The position numbers and the translations under genes are program-made. The notes under the pieces were generated by a model. It ran no database searches, was not told where the DNA came from, and saw nothing but the letters and a program-made list of their open reading frames with translations. This document shows, piece after piece, positions 31,893-41,723 of a stretch of 64,000 bases of DNA. Numbering within the stretch: the first letter of the stretch is position 1; each line of letters begins with the position of its first letter. This DNA is from an uncultured Methanolobus sp. (GTDB lineage Archaea; Halobacteriota; Methanosarcinia; Methanosarcinales; Methanosarcinaceae): NCBI GenBank assembly GCA_963675495.1, contig OY776215.1, positions 864,001-928,000 on the forward strand, in the 5' to 3' direction.

Positions 31893-32846
31893 ATGGAACA
31901 TTGTCATTCAAAAGAAAAAAAACTTCAGAATCCCATCAGACCGGCCAAGATTACCGAGAACATGAGCGTTGACGAACTTGTGCATGCCATTGATGGCTGC
32001 GCTTTTGGTGCTGGAAAACTTGCTGATGCTGCTGATATTTATACCGAGATGCTTGCCAATGGATCAACCAGTTTCTTCGGGTTGGCAGGTGCCATGGTGC
32101 CTGCGGGAATGCGGGACATAGTTACAGACCTCATAAAAGATGGTTATATTGACGTGCTGGTAACCACCGGTGCCAACATGGTGCATGAGATAGTTGAATC
32201 AATGGGACTGCATCACTACAAGGGATGTGCTGACTGTGATGATGTCGAACTGAAGCACGATGAGATTAACAGGATATACGATGTCTACCTTCCAGAGCCT
32301 TATTTTGTTGATTTTGAAGAAAAATTGAAAGCAATCCTTTCTGACATAGGTCCTGATACCATCTCTATCAGGGAATTAATGACCCATCTTGGAAACAACA
32401 TCGATGACAAAAATTCAATACTAAGAGCTGCAGCTGACATGAACGTTCCTGTCTACTGTCCTGCAATACAGGACTCGATGATAGGACTTCAGGCATGGCT
32501 TTACAAGCAGACAAAACCTCTGAACGTTGATGCTTTTGCAGACATGAGAGAGATAATCGATCACTGCTACGAGGCAAAGAATCCAGGGGCAGTGCTTATC
32601 GGCGGCGGTGTCCCGAAGAACTACATCTTCCAGTCCATGCTTGTCACTCATCAGGAATTCGAGTATGCCATACAGCTTACAATGGACACGCCGGAAACAG
32701 GAGGACTAAGCGGTGCAACTCTTGACGAAGCACGTTCCTGGGGCAAGGTCAGCGAAACCGCACGCTCGGTAACCGTCCACTCAGATGCAACAATAACACT
32801 TCCGATCATGGTCGCTGCAGCAAGAAGCAGACTTGCCAAATTGTAA
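31893..32846 (+). CDS. dys: Deoxyhypusine synthase
   Basis: [56 protein letters not shown]. Confidence 0.93.
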   Translation: MEHCHSKEKKLQNPIRPAKITENMSVDELVHAIDGCAFGAGKLADAADIYTEMLANGSTSFFGLAGAMVPAGMRDIVTDLIKDGYIDVLVTTGANMVHEIVESMGLHHYKGCADCDDVELKHDEINRIYDVYLPEPYFVDFEEKLKAILSDIGPDTISIRELMTHLGNNIDDKNSILRAAADMNVPVYCPAIQDSMIGLQAWLYKQTKPLNVDAFADMREIIDHCYEAKNPGAVLIGGGVPKNYIFQSMLVTHQEFEYAIQLTMDTPETGGLSGATLDEARSWGKVSETARSVTVHSDATITLPIMVAAARSRLAKL

Positions 32847-32869
32847 GAAAACTATTCAGGAACGATTAC

Positions 32870-33523
32870 ATGGAAAGAAAGACAGGACTCATTTTTGCAC
32901 TTGATGTCACAGACAGAAAAGAAGCCATAAAGATATCCGAAAAAGTTGCCGGATATGTGGATGCGATCAAAATTGGCTACCCTCTGGCCCTTGCGACTGG
33001 AATGGATATAATAGGCCAGCTTTCAAAATACGCACCCATAATTGCGGATTTCAAAGTTGCTGACATACCAAACACGAACCGGCTTATCTGTGAGCAGGTA
33101 TTCAAAGCAGGTGCCGATGCTGTAATTGTCCAGGGTTTCACAGGACATGACAGCCTTGAAGCAACTGTTAAACTTGCAAAAGAGCAGAAAAAAGATATTT
33201 TCGTAGTTACCGAAATGAGCCACCCAGGTGCCCTTGATTTCATGCAGCAGGTTGGAGAAGGCATTGCAAAAATGGCAGCCGATGCAGATGCTTCAGGTGT
33301 CGTTGCACCTGCAACCCGTCCACAGCGTGTTACTGAAATAAGGAAGATAATAGGAAACAAACTTTCAATAATCTCACCCGGTGTGGGTGCACAGGGCGGC
33401 ACAGCTTCAGATGTCATAAAAGCAGGTGCTGACTGGGTAATCGTTGGAAGAAGCATTTACCAGTCAGATGAACCTGAACTGGCTGCCAAAAAAATAGTTG
33501 ATGAGATTAAAGAAGTCATCTGA
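32870..33523 (+). CDS. pyrF: Orotidine 5'-phosphate decarboxylase
   Basis: [37 protein letters not shown]. Confidence 0.96.
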   Translation: MERKTGLIFALDVTDRKEAIKISEKVAGYVDAIKIGYPLALATGMDIIGQLSKYAPIIADFKVADIPNTNRLICEQVFKAGADAVIVQGFTGHDSLEATVKLAKEQKKDIFVVTEMSHPGALDFMQQVGEGIAKMAADADASGVVAPATRPQRVTEIRKIIGNKLSIISPGVGAQGGTASDVIKAGADWVIVGRSIYQSDEPELAAKKIVDEIKEVI

Positions 33524-33540
33524 TATTTTTAATTTGAACT

Positions 33541-33605
33541 TGTGTGCCGATGATGATAAAACCAAATCTGATATATGATGAACCCTATGAGTACTGAGGC
33601 ACACA
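33541..33605 (+). ncRNA. Box C/D methylation-guide sRNA, sR-tMet-like
   Basis: Terminal stem TGTGTGCC/GGCACACA; C box ATGATGA 33550-56; D' CTGA 33568-71; C' ATGATGA 33575-81; D CTGA 33594-97; D guide ACCCTATGAGTA complementary to UACUCAUAGGGU. Confidence 0.88.
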
Positions 33606-33610
33606 TATCA

Positions 33611-34954
33611 TCATATTAATTCCAGATTCTGTTTGAAGATCTGTGAGAATACCTCATTCCTTTTAACATCAGATCTGGCTTCTTCAAGAGTCTTTTTAAG
33701 ATCTGAAACCGAGTTTTCTAGACTCTGGATATAAATTGTCTGTTGTTCCAGTTTGTTATTGAGCTTCTTGATATCGAGATTCTGACGATGGATGGAAACA
33801 TGGGCACCAATTTCCTTGTTAGTTCTTTCGACCATTTCTTCAAGTTCTTTTCTTTTAGACTCCATCTCTAAAAGATTTTTATCCATGCTCTCTTCAAGTC
33901 TTGTATTCTCCTCACGTCTTAACCTGAGCTTTTCATTCTCAGATTCAAGTTCAGCTTTCTTATTTTCCAGAGCACTCACCTCATCCTGGAAAGCCAGTTC
34001 TCTCTCTTTGTGAGCTCTGACACTTTTTTCGAACTTAAACCTGGAAGCTTCAAGTTCCTCGGTCTTTGGACCAAGGTCAACGAGCTCTGTATGTATGCGT
34101 TCCTTTATTATCCCTATTGAAGAGCGTTTTTCAGTGAGTAATGTTTCTTCATCTTCAAGTTCAGATCTGAGTGTCTCAATGTCCGCACGCCTTCGATTGA
34201 GTTCTTTCAATTCAGAATAATAACTGGACTTTATGGCCTCAATGGCTGCAGGATAAGTAACATCCGACAGCTCAATGGAGATTTCCTCACCTGATGAAAG
34301 TTGTTCTTCTAAAGACCGGTATTTTTCATCAAGTTCATTTCTCTGCTGCTCGTACTGTTTTAGCTCACTATCATAGGTAGATCTCAGGGAAGATAATTCT
34401 TCCATTTTTGAAGTGTACTCAGCAAGTTCTTTTTCATATCCAATTCTGGAGTCTTCAAATTCTTTAACCTGAACTTCAAACGCAGAACGCTTTTGTTCAA
34501 ATGCATTGATCTTCTTTTCGAGTTCTGCTGTCTGCTCAGGCGGTATGGCCCTTACAGCCCTCTGCGCAGCAGACTTCATTATCGCACATTTATTCCTAAG
34601 TGATTTTTCCTGTTCGGAGAATTGACTTTTAAGTTCATCAAGTTCTTTCTGTTTCTCCTCATAATCACTGATATCAGATTCATAACGCTTTTTTATGTCA
34701 GAAAGCACAGATTCTTTTTGGGCAAGATACTCTATATCTGACTCCGACACACTGTAAACAGGTTCCTGATCTGCATGAGTATGAACGGAATTAGCTCCTG
34801 ATATGTATTTTTGCGGGCCGGAGGAAGATACATTTTTTGTTACCTCCTTTTCCCTATCATCTGTTGTAATGGGTTTTCGATAAATATTCGGAGTGAAAAC
34901 CTTAGATGATTTTTCGGACTTCTTTTTGCCCTCTGACCAATTCGATGAATTCAT
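33611..34954 (-). CDS. Long coiled-coil protein with unstructured N-terminal head
   Basis: E/K/L-rich heptads over about 370 aa; three related YxSE/Dxxx...EL/DI segments; 4-bp ATGA overlap with the actin-like gene. Confidence 0.8.
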   Translation of the reverse strand: MNSSNWSEGKKKSEKSSKVFTPNIYRKPITTDDREKEVTKNVSSSGPQKYISGANSVHTHADQEPVYSVSESDIEYLAQKESVLSDIKKRYESDISDYEEKQKELDELKSQFSEQEKSLRNKCAIMKSAAQRAVRAIPPEQTAELEKKINAFEQKRSAFEVQVKEFEDSRIGYEKELAEYTSKMEELSSLRSTYDSELKQYEQQRNELDEKYRSLEEQLSSGEEISIELSDVTYPAAIEAIKSSYYSELKELNRRRADIETLRSELEDEETLLTEKRSSIGIIKERIHTELVDLGPKTEELEASRFKFEKSVRAHKERELAFQDEVSALENKKAELESENEKLRLRREENTRLEESMDKNLLEMESKRKELEEMVERTNKEIGAHVSIHRQNLDIKKLNNKLEQQTIYIQSLENSVSDLKKTLEEARSDVKRNEVFSQIFKQNLELI

Positions 34955-35991
34955 AATATCATTTCCTTATCCTGTTTTCCGGCATGCAGTTGTTGCCAGA
35001 ATTCCAGCGGCATGTTCCTGGCAAGTTCCAGTGCACCTTCAGAAATACCAAAAGTAGAGTCTAAGTCAAGGAAAACTTTACCCCCACCAAGCTCTTTAAG
35101 TTCGTTCTCAATAAAGGTACCAAGGCCAGGCAGATTACTTGTACCGCCAAATATGTGGATATTGTTCCGTATGGACTCACGCATATCAGGATCCACATTG
35201 GATAACATCCTGGTAATCCCTGAAACTACATCAGTTAACACAAACTCACAAGCGATCTGTATTTCTTCAGCTATTGATTCCTGAGTAGTTCCATTTTCAA
35301 GAGGAATGTCCACAACACATTGATCAGAACAAGGACCAAGACATCCATACTCTTCTTTCCATCCCATAGCAAGTCCTTCTGTGATCCTTGAATCCGGCCA
35401 TCTTTCATTGATGAGCTTGACTATTTCACGGTCGATGTTCTTTCCGGCGCACGGAAGACTCAGGCAATCATCTTCTTGCGGGATATTACTGTTAATGACA
35501 CAAATGTCTGTTTTATCAGACCCTATATCCACTATTATCCCCTCTTCCAGAAGCGATTTTTTGTAAGCTATACAAAAAAGTTCATCCACAACCATTACAC
35601 CTGAAAATATTTCACTGGAAAGCTCCAGAAGCTTCTGTTTGTATTTCCTGTCAGCGTTTGAAGGAACACCTATCATTGCATAAGTACCATCTTTACCAGA
35701 ATCAATAGCATGTTTATTCAGAAAGTATTTTAAAAAATTCTTAAAATGAAGAACATCATCTTCGTCTTTCAATTCATTTTTAAGGACATTATTAATAGTG
35801 CCATCTTCCAATGTCACAGCCTCTTGTCCGTATAGTATGCTCTCTGGGGAGTCTCCATTTTCTTTCTGCAAAAAAGCTATTGCAGTTCTCTCTGAAAATT
35901 TTTTACCATCGCTGGTGCAAATCGATGTTTTGAACATACCCACATCTATTCCAAGATACAGGCATTTACTATTATTGTCAAACTCCTCCAT
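34951..35991 (-). CDS. Actin-fold ATPase, MamK/salactin-like (MreB superfamily)
   Basis: Phosphate-1 LYLGIDVGMFKTS, IGVPS, VVDELF (catalytic Glu), phosphate-2 IIVDIGSDKTDIC, AGKNIDREI, KEEY, adenosine IFGGTSNLPGL, EGALELA. Confidence 0.85.
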   Translation of the reverse strand: MEEFDNNSKCLYLGIDVGMFKTSICTSDGKKFSERTAIAFLQKENGDSPESILYGQEAVTLEDGTINNVLKNELKDEDDVLHFKNFLKYFLNKHAIDSGKDGTYAMIGVPSNADRKYKQKLLELSSEIFSGVMVVDELFCIAYKKSLLEEGIIVDIGSDKTDICVINSNIPQEDDCLSLPCAGKNIDREIVKLINERWPDSRITEGLAMGWKEEYGCLGPCSDQCVVDIPLENGTTQESIAEEIQIACEFVLTDVVSGITRMLSNVDPDMRESIRNNIHIFGGTSNLPGLGTFIENELKELGGGKVFLDLDSTFGISEGALELARNMPLEFWQQLHAGKQDKEMIL

Positions 35992-36224
35992 ATGATCTAC
36001 CAGGTTTTACTTGAACCCCACGAATTTCAAGTGAATACATCATGGAATTTTTTTCTATACCATGGAGTCTGATTAAATCAGTATTTATATATTATGAACA
36101 TGGGATTTCACTCTATGGCGATGAGTAAACATAAAAGAAATAGAGAAAATGTAAAAAATGGATTCTATCGACGTTAAACTAAAATATTGTTATATGAACA
36201 AAATATTAAATATATGTACATATT

Positions 36225-37118
36225 TTATATATAACTCTCTTTATGTTTTTTATACAAAACATGTATGATCCCATCTGCAAGACCCAGTTGAGGTACATGC
36301 ATGTGATTGATATTTCCCCATTTCATAACAGAATAGTATATCTTTGAAGCAGGCACGATAACATCAGCCCTGTCCGGACGCAGACCTATCTTCGTTATAC
36401 GCTGTTCCAGTGTAAAACCTTTAAGATACTTATTAAGTTCCTTAATGTCGTTGTCCATTAAAAGAGTTCCATCCTTTCTGCCGGACATACGGAAGAGCTT
36501 GTTGATATTACCACCGCTTCCAATAGCATAATCTGGCATGTGGTTACGGGTCACATTTTTCACCCAGCGTTTCATCTCATTCCAGTCATCTTTTGTAACA
36601 ATACCTTCAAGCATTCGAATGGTACCAATATTAAATGACCTGTAGGCAAAAACCTTTCCGCCTTTAAAGAGTATCAATTCAGTACTACCACCACCCACAT
36701 CAACATGGAGATAAGTTGAATCGCTGCTTCCGAGTATCTTTTCTATGCGATTTGAATAGATGATCTTTGCTTCTTTCCTTCCGCTTATAACTTTAAGGTC
36801 AATACCGCTTTTTTTCTTTATCAAGGAAACGATCTCATCACTATTTTCAGCCTCCCTCATTGCCGAGGTCGCACATGCCATAAAATCAATTGGTTCATAT
36901 GCATCCATAAGATGCCGAAATGCGATCATTGTACTTACAAGATGGGAGACCTTTTCCGGGGATATACTATTATGAACGAATGCATCTTCACCAAGACGGA
37001 TGGGCATTCGTATTAAAGATATCTTTTCATAAACAGGTTCTACGCCTTCAGAATCAACTCTTGACAAAAGCAATCTTACCGCATTAGAACCAACATCTAT
37101 AGCCGCAAATTTCATCAA
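36225..37118 (-). CDS. ppx: Exopolyphosphatase (Ppx/GppA catalytic domains only)
   Basis: AAIDVGSNAVRL, ATSAMREAEN, ISGRKEA, DVGGGSTE, GSGGN, DRADVI, GLADG. Confidence 0.93.
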   Translation of the reverse strand: MMKFAAIDVGSNAVRLLLSRVDSEGVEPVYEKISLIRMPIRLGEDAFVHNSISPEKVSHLVSTMIAFRHLMDAYEPIDFMACATSAMREAENSDEIVSLIKKKSGIDLKVISGRKEAKIIYSNRIEKILGSSDSTYLHVDVGGGSTELILFKGGKVFAYRSFNIGTIRMLEGIVTKDDWNEMKRWVKNVTRNHMPDYAIGSGGNINKLFRMSGRKDGTLLMDNDIKELNKYLKGFTLEQRITKIGLRPDRADVIVPASKIYYSVMKWGNINHMHVPQLGLADGIIHVLYKKHKESYI

Positions 37119-39184
37119 ACAGCCCCATTGTTCAATTGTTTTTCAAGAAAATTATAAATATCATTCTGAGCCCTGTAGGACTTTTTTCCGCCTTTTTTGT
37201 ACTTGTTATCCTGAAGGTCATTGATAATTCTCGCCTTGCTGCTGTCCAGGAACTGTATATCCATATATTCTTTCAACTCTTTCTGAAGAGCCTTATCATA
37301 TATGGGTGTTGCAACTTCCACACGCCTGTCAAGGTTTCTTACCATCCAGTCAGCTGATGAAATGAAATATCTTTCATCATCATTGTTGCAGAAAATGAAA
37401 ATACGTGAATGTTCAAGGTATCTGTCAACTATACTGATGACTTCGATGTTTTCACTAAATCCTTCAACACCGGGAACAAGTGAACATATACCCCTGATGA
37501 CCAGTTTGATAATAACACCTGCCTTGCTGGCATCATACAATTTATTGATCATCTCACTATCCACAAGACTATTCATCTTAGCATGAATGTACGCAGGCTT
37601 TCCTGACCTTGCATTTTTTATTTCATTTTCAATGCGTTTTTCGAACGCCTTGCGCATTTGAAGTGGAGCAACAATGAGATGTTTGTACTCATATACTTTA
37701 TAATTATGACTGAAAAAATCAAAAGCCTTTTCCACTTCAAACGTAAGATCAGGATTTGCAGTCATAAGCATGTGGTCACAATAGAGTTTTGCAGTAGATT
37801 CATTGAAGTTACCTGTACCGATACATGAATAATGAACAGGAACATCATCCTCGTATCTGGTAATATGGCACAGTTTTGAATGTACTTTCAGACCAGGTAC
37901 GCCATCAATTATTCTTGCACCTGCATCTTCAAGTTTCTGGGTCCAGTAAATATTAGATTCCTCATCGAACCTTGCCTGAAGCTCAATTACAACAGTAACA
38001 TTTTTGCCGTTCTTAATCGCATTGATAAGTGCATTGATAACATTGGAATTTCTGGCAACCCTGTAAAGAGTGATCTTTATGCTTGAAACATGCGGGTCAA
38101 TTGCTGCCTCTCTTAACAGATCAATGAAATAATCGAAGGATTGATATGGATAATGTAGCAAAATATCATGTTCTCTTATAGCAGCAAAGAGACTCTTGTG
38201 ATTTACGAAGTATTTATGTGGCAAAGGATGTTTTGGCCCATAATAGAATGAATCCGAACCAATCTTGGGAAAACTCATGAAGTCTTTTGCATTATGATAT
38301 TTGCCACCTGGAACCAGATTTTCGAAATTCTCGATACCCAGCCTCTTTAGAGTAAAGTCAAGTAGGTAGTAAGGCATTTCCTTGTCATAAACAAAACGAA
38401 CGGGTTGACCTTTTTTTCGGTCCTCAAGACTCGCAGATACCTTTTCAAAGAAACTTTTAGTTACATCATCATCAATGTCGAGTTCAGCATCCCTTGTCAG
38501 TTTTATCGTATATGCACTTATTGAATCATAATCAAAAATTGAAAAAATATCATCAAGACCAAAGCGAATTACATCATCCAGCATTATGACACATTTCCTG
38601 TCGTCTGAATCTGGAAGATTTATATATCGAGGGAGTACATCAGCAGGAACCTCGATAAGAGCGAATTTTGAAGTTTGGGGGTCCCATTTTTTCTGGACAT
38701 CAATTAAAAGGTAAAGAACCTGATTTTTAAGATAAGGGAAATCGGGGATATCTTTCAGCATGACAGGAATAAGACGTGGCCTTACTTTTTCCAGGAAGTA
38801 TTCTTTAACAAATGATTTCTGGCTATCATCGAGTTGTGTTTCATCAACAATGAAAATGTTATGCTCTGCCAGTTCTTTTGTTAATCCAGTAAATACTTTA
38901 TCAAAATCATCACGCAATGTCAGTACTGTTTTATGTACTTGTTTCATGACTTTTTTCGGTGCAACTCCAACCATAGCTTTGGACTTCACCCCTGCATCTA
39001 TCATGCGCTGCAGAGTTCCGACCCTCACACTGAAAAACTCGTCAAGGTTCGAAGAAAAGATACCAAGAAACTTCAAACGTTCCAGTAATGGGACCTGCGG
39101 GTCTTTTGCTTCCTGGAGAACTCTTTCATTAAATGAAAGCCAGCTTATTTCTCTGTTGATATAATCATCTACTTCTTTGGACAT
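37115..39184 (-). CDS. ppk1: Polyphosphate kinase 1
   Basis: NREISWLSFNERVL, NLDEFF, LLHYPYQSF, TLYR, ARFDEESN, LKVHSK (phospho-His), GTGNFN, SSADWMVRNLDRRVE. Confidence 0.97.
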   Translation of the reverse strand: MSKEVDDYINREISWLSFNERVLQEAKDPQVPLLERLKFLGIFSSNLDEFFSVRVGTLQRMIDAGVKSKAMVGVAPKKVMKQVHKTVLTLRDDFDKVFTGLTKELAEHNIFIVDETQLDDSQKSFVKEYFLEKVRPRLIPVMLKDIPDFPYLKNQVLYLLIDVQKKWDPQTSKFALIEVPADVLPRYINLPDSDDRKCVIMLDDVIRFGLDDIFSIFDYDSISAYTIKLTRDAELDIDDDVTKSFFEKVSASLEDRKKGQPVRFVYDKEMPYYLLDFTLKRLGIENFENLVPGGKYHNAKDFMSFPKIGSDSFYYGPKHPLPHKYFVNHKSLFAAIREHDILLHYPYQSFDYFIDLLREAAIDPHVSSIKITLYRVARNSNVINALINAIKNGKNVTVVIELQARFDEESNIYWTQKLEDAGARIIDGVPGLKVHSKLCHITRYEDDVPVHYSCIGTGNFNESTAKLYCDHMLMTANPDLTFEVEKAFDFFSHNYKVYEYKHLIVAPLQMRKAFEKRIENEIKNARSGKPAYIHAKMNSLVDSEMINKLYDASKAGVIIKLVIRGICSLVPGVEGFSENIEVISIVDRYLEHSRIFIFCNNDDERYFISSADWMVRNLDRRVEVATPIYDKALQKELKEYMDIQFLDSSKARIINDLQDNKYKKGGKKSYRAQNDIYNFLEKQLNNGAV

Positions 39185-39240
39185 AAGAATCAGTTTTTTT
39201 ACTTTTAAAAACATAAGAATACTGTCGTATTTTAATAAAA

Positions 39241-39316
39241 ATACAGCTATCCTATTATATAGCATTTTATACAGATTCATATATAGTTATACATAGTACA
39301 ATATAGATTTTTATAG
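39241..39316 (-). promoter_or_regulatory. Helically phased ATAYAG/ATATAG-like repeats upstream of ppk1
   Basis: Hexamers at 39241, 39257, 39269, 39281, 39291, 39301, 39311 (mostly 10-12 bp spacing). Confidence 0.4.
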
Positions 39317-39342
39317 CCAATACCAGTCTGAAGCAATCCTCT

Positions 39343-41259
39343 TCAGGAGTTATAGATACCTGCTATTGCCTGCGAGAACCTTACACTGAAATCAGAATCT
39401 ATAACCCTGGACCAGACTTCCGGGAAGGCACTCATCAGGTTCTGAAGGTCCTGTTTTTTGTACTCCATATAAGCATCAACACCTGGGTAGTCCCCAAGTC
39501 CGTTTGAGACTGGTATCTTCTTTTTATCCGTTTCACCCCACCTACCATATTTCTCAAAGTTGCCGAGAAGTTCCAGTGCTACCACTATGTCATGCATATC
39601 TCCCAGATTGTCCTGAAGTGCCTTCAGATCCTTTATAAGGTCCCCGGATTCAGAACCAAGTGTTTCCCTGAAGAACTCAAGCGTATAACGTAATATTTTT
39701 ACATCAATTCTTAGCTGATGGTATTTCTCAAGATCAGGATCGACCATTGTTTCACCGGAAACAACTTCTTCGTATGCCCTCACAGTTGCAAACTGCGTGT
39801 ACAAAAGAACAGGCAACACATCAATAACCCTGCACGGAACAGGTTCACCATTTTTCTTTACAGACTTCATTTTCCAGGACTTTTTAGTCAGCAGGTGATC
39901 AGCAAAGTTATCCTTGAACTTGCTGTACCTGACATCATCCAGATATACAAGCATGCTACCACGCTGCTTTGCCCTTTCGATCAGAATGGAATCTACAAGC
40001 GGATCCATTTCCGCTCTGCTTTCCGATGGCTTCCCCTCAAGATAATGTTCGATATTCTCAAGAAAAACATCCAGATCACGTACAGAACCAAGTACCCTTC
40101 TTGTGGTCTTGACGTTCTTATAATGAGATAACATCTTTTTCATTTCAAGGTAGTCCTCAAGGACCTCTACTGCAGAACGCATACGCATTGCAGCAACCCG
40201 CATGTCGTGCAGTTCTTCGATGTCTTTCCCAACTTTGGTACCCCTCTCATGATCAATCATTACTCCAAAGTGGAACATGAGTATCTTGCGTGCTGCCTCA
40301 CGCATCGTATCAGTCGCTTTGATATTGGTCTTTTTAAGAGAACGGAACTCCGAGAATGGAATTGCAGGAACTACTGCAGTCTGTGTTTTTATGATTTGCG
40401 TTTCAGACACGGAAGTGGATTCAACATTTTTTCCAGGAACTGCTTCAGGAACTTTATTGTCCTCTGTTTCCGAAACGTCAACTATTTCTGGAAATTGTGT
40501 CGTTTCCAGAGCTGTGGGTTCTACGAAGCTCTCATCTTCAGGATGAACATCTTCTTTTAACGATGCATCAATTGATTGATCGTGAATTGTGTTTTTGTCA
40601 GGAGTCATGTTTTCCTCGGTTAGCTCCAGTATTTGAGACTCTGGCTGTTTTTCTTCAGAAACGTTATCATTTAGAATAAAATGGTCATAATTTCCATTGG
40701 TATCGGTAAGGAAAGAAGGCTCATGGGAACCTGATGTTATATTAGTCACCATAATACCCGCAAAGGTTGCAAGTACGGAACGATCATTTAATTGACTATA
40801 TTCATTGCTGACATCAGGTTTTTGTTTCTGTACCACTGTTGCTTGCGTTTCCGTGCCTGTGAAGGACTGTAAAAAGTAATTGACAAAAATATTGATCAAT
40901 AGTAGAAAAATACCGACTGAATAGAACATTATCACATAGGATACCTTTGGATATATCCAGCTTTCAGGGAAAGAGAATGTGAAAACAAGAAGTCCGGCTA
41001 CAGAAAATAATATGCCTGTCATGAACGAATAACTTCGTGAAAGTCGTTGGCGTATTCCTGCAATATTGATGCCTGCAAGAATTAACAATATCCCTGCACC
41101 CAGCAGGAAGCAAACTGTCAGTATGACCTCTGGACTGGAATTACGACTGAGTTTGCTCACCATAGCAAACAGGAGACCAGTCATACAAAAAACCAGACCG
41201 AACAAGAAACCCAGCGATGCGACTAAAGAATACTTCTTAACAAGCATGTTCGATGACAA
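39343..41259 (-). CDS. Membrane-anchored CHAD-domain (polyphosphate-binding) protein
   Basis: About 4 N-terminal TM helices, long acidic low-complexity linker, CHAD motifs ELHDMRVAAMRMRS, LGSVRDLDV, YHQLRIDVKILRYTLEFF, LQDNLGDMHD. Confidence 0.88.
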   Translation of the reverse strand: MSSNMLVKKYSLVASLGFLFGLVFCMTGLLFAMVSKLSRNSSPEVILTVCFLLGAGILLILAGINIAGIRQRLSRSYSFMTGILFSVAGLLVFTFSFPESWIYPKVSYVIMFYSVGIFLLLINIFVNYFLQSFTGTETQATVVQKQKPDVSNEYSQLNDRSVLATFAGIMVTNITSGSHEPSFLTDTNGNYDHFILNDNVSEEKQPESQILELTEENMTPDKNTIHDQSIDASLKEDVHPEDESFVEPTALETTQFPEIVDVSETEDNKVPEAVPGKNVESTSVSETQIIKTQTAVVPAIPFSEFRSLKKTNIKATDTMREAARKILMFHFGVMIDHERGTKVGKDIEELHDMRVAAMRMRSAVEVLEDYLEMKKMLSHYKNVKTTRRVLGSVRDLDVFLENIEHYLEGKPSESRAEMDPLVDSILIERAKQRGSMLVYLDDVRYSKFKDNFADHLLTKKSWKMKSVKKNGEPVPCRVIDVLPVLLYTQFATVRAYEEVVSGETMVDPDLEKYHQLRIDVKILRYTLEFFRETLGSESGDLIKDLKALQDNLGDMHDIVVALELLGNFEKYGRWGETDKKKIPVSNGLGDYPGVDAYMEYKKQDLQNLMSAFPEVWSRVIDSDFSVRFSQAIAGIYNS

Positions 41260-41280
41260 CTATTTCCCCTCTTAAAATAA

Positions 41281-41634
41281 TTATAGTTTTATGCGTTTCA
41301 ACCCTTTCATAGTTCCCTGGGTGATCTTCTGCTGCATTTTCAGCTGTCGTATCTGACTTTTTAGAAGACGTTTTTTTGCTTTGCCACCCTTCTTTTCAGA
41401 AAGTGAACCTTTTACTGCTTTTAGTTTTGATTGAATCTTAAATTTAACTATTTCTCTGTCCTTAAGAATCGCTTTTACAGGACATATTTTTATGCATTTT
41501 CCACAGTTGATGCATTTTTCGTCTATAATAATGGCTTTCCCTTTTACCATTTTAATTGCATCCACCGGACATTTCTTAACGCATTTTTTGCATGAGATAC
41601 ATTTATTTTTATTGACCAATGGCATATTACCCAA
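41281..41634 (-). CDS. 2x[4Fe-4S] ferredoxin-like protein with Lys-rich helical tail
   Basis: CISCKKCVKKCP and CINCGKCIKICP; 30 Lys in 117 aa by manual count. Confidence 0.85.
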   Translation of the reverse strand: MGNMPLVNKNKCISCKKCVKKCPVDAIKMVKGKAIIIDEKCINCGKCIKICPVKAILKDREIVKFKIQSKLKAVKGSLSEKKGGKAKKRLLKSQIRQLKMQQKITQGTMKGLKRIKL

Positions 41635-41723
41635 TCCTAATTAACAATGGGTTAAGCAGGTATAAAAGTATATACAGTGAATATAATATACTATATAATA
41701 TTAGACAGACCAGCAGTTGATAT

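Noticed and set aside
34951-35991. Magnetosome island interpretation (MamK-like gene plus feoAB in the window)
   Set aside because: No mamA/B/E/M/Q-like genes; feoAB is 25 kb away under a DtxR-type regulator
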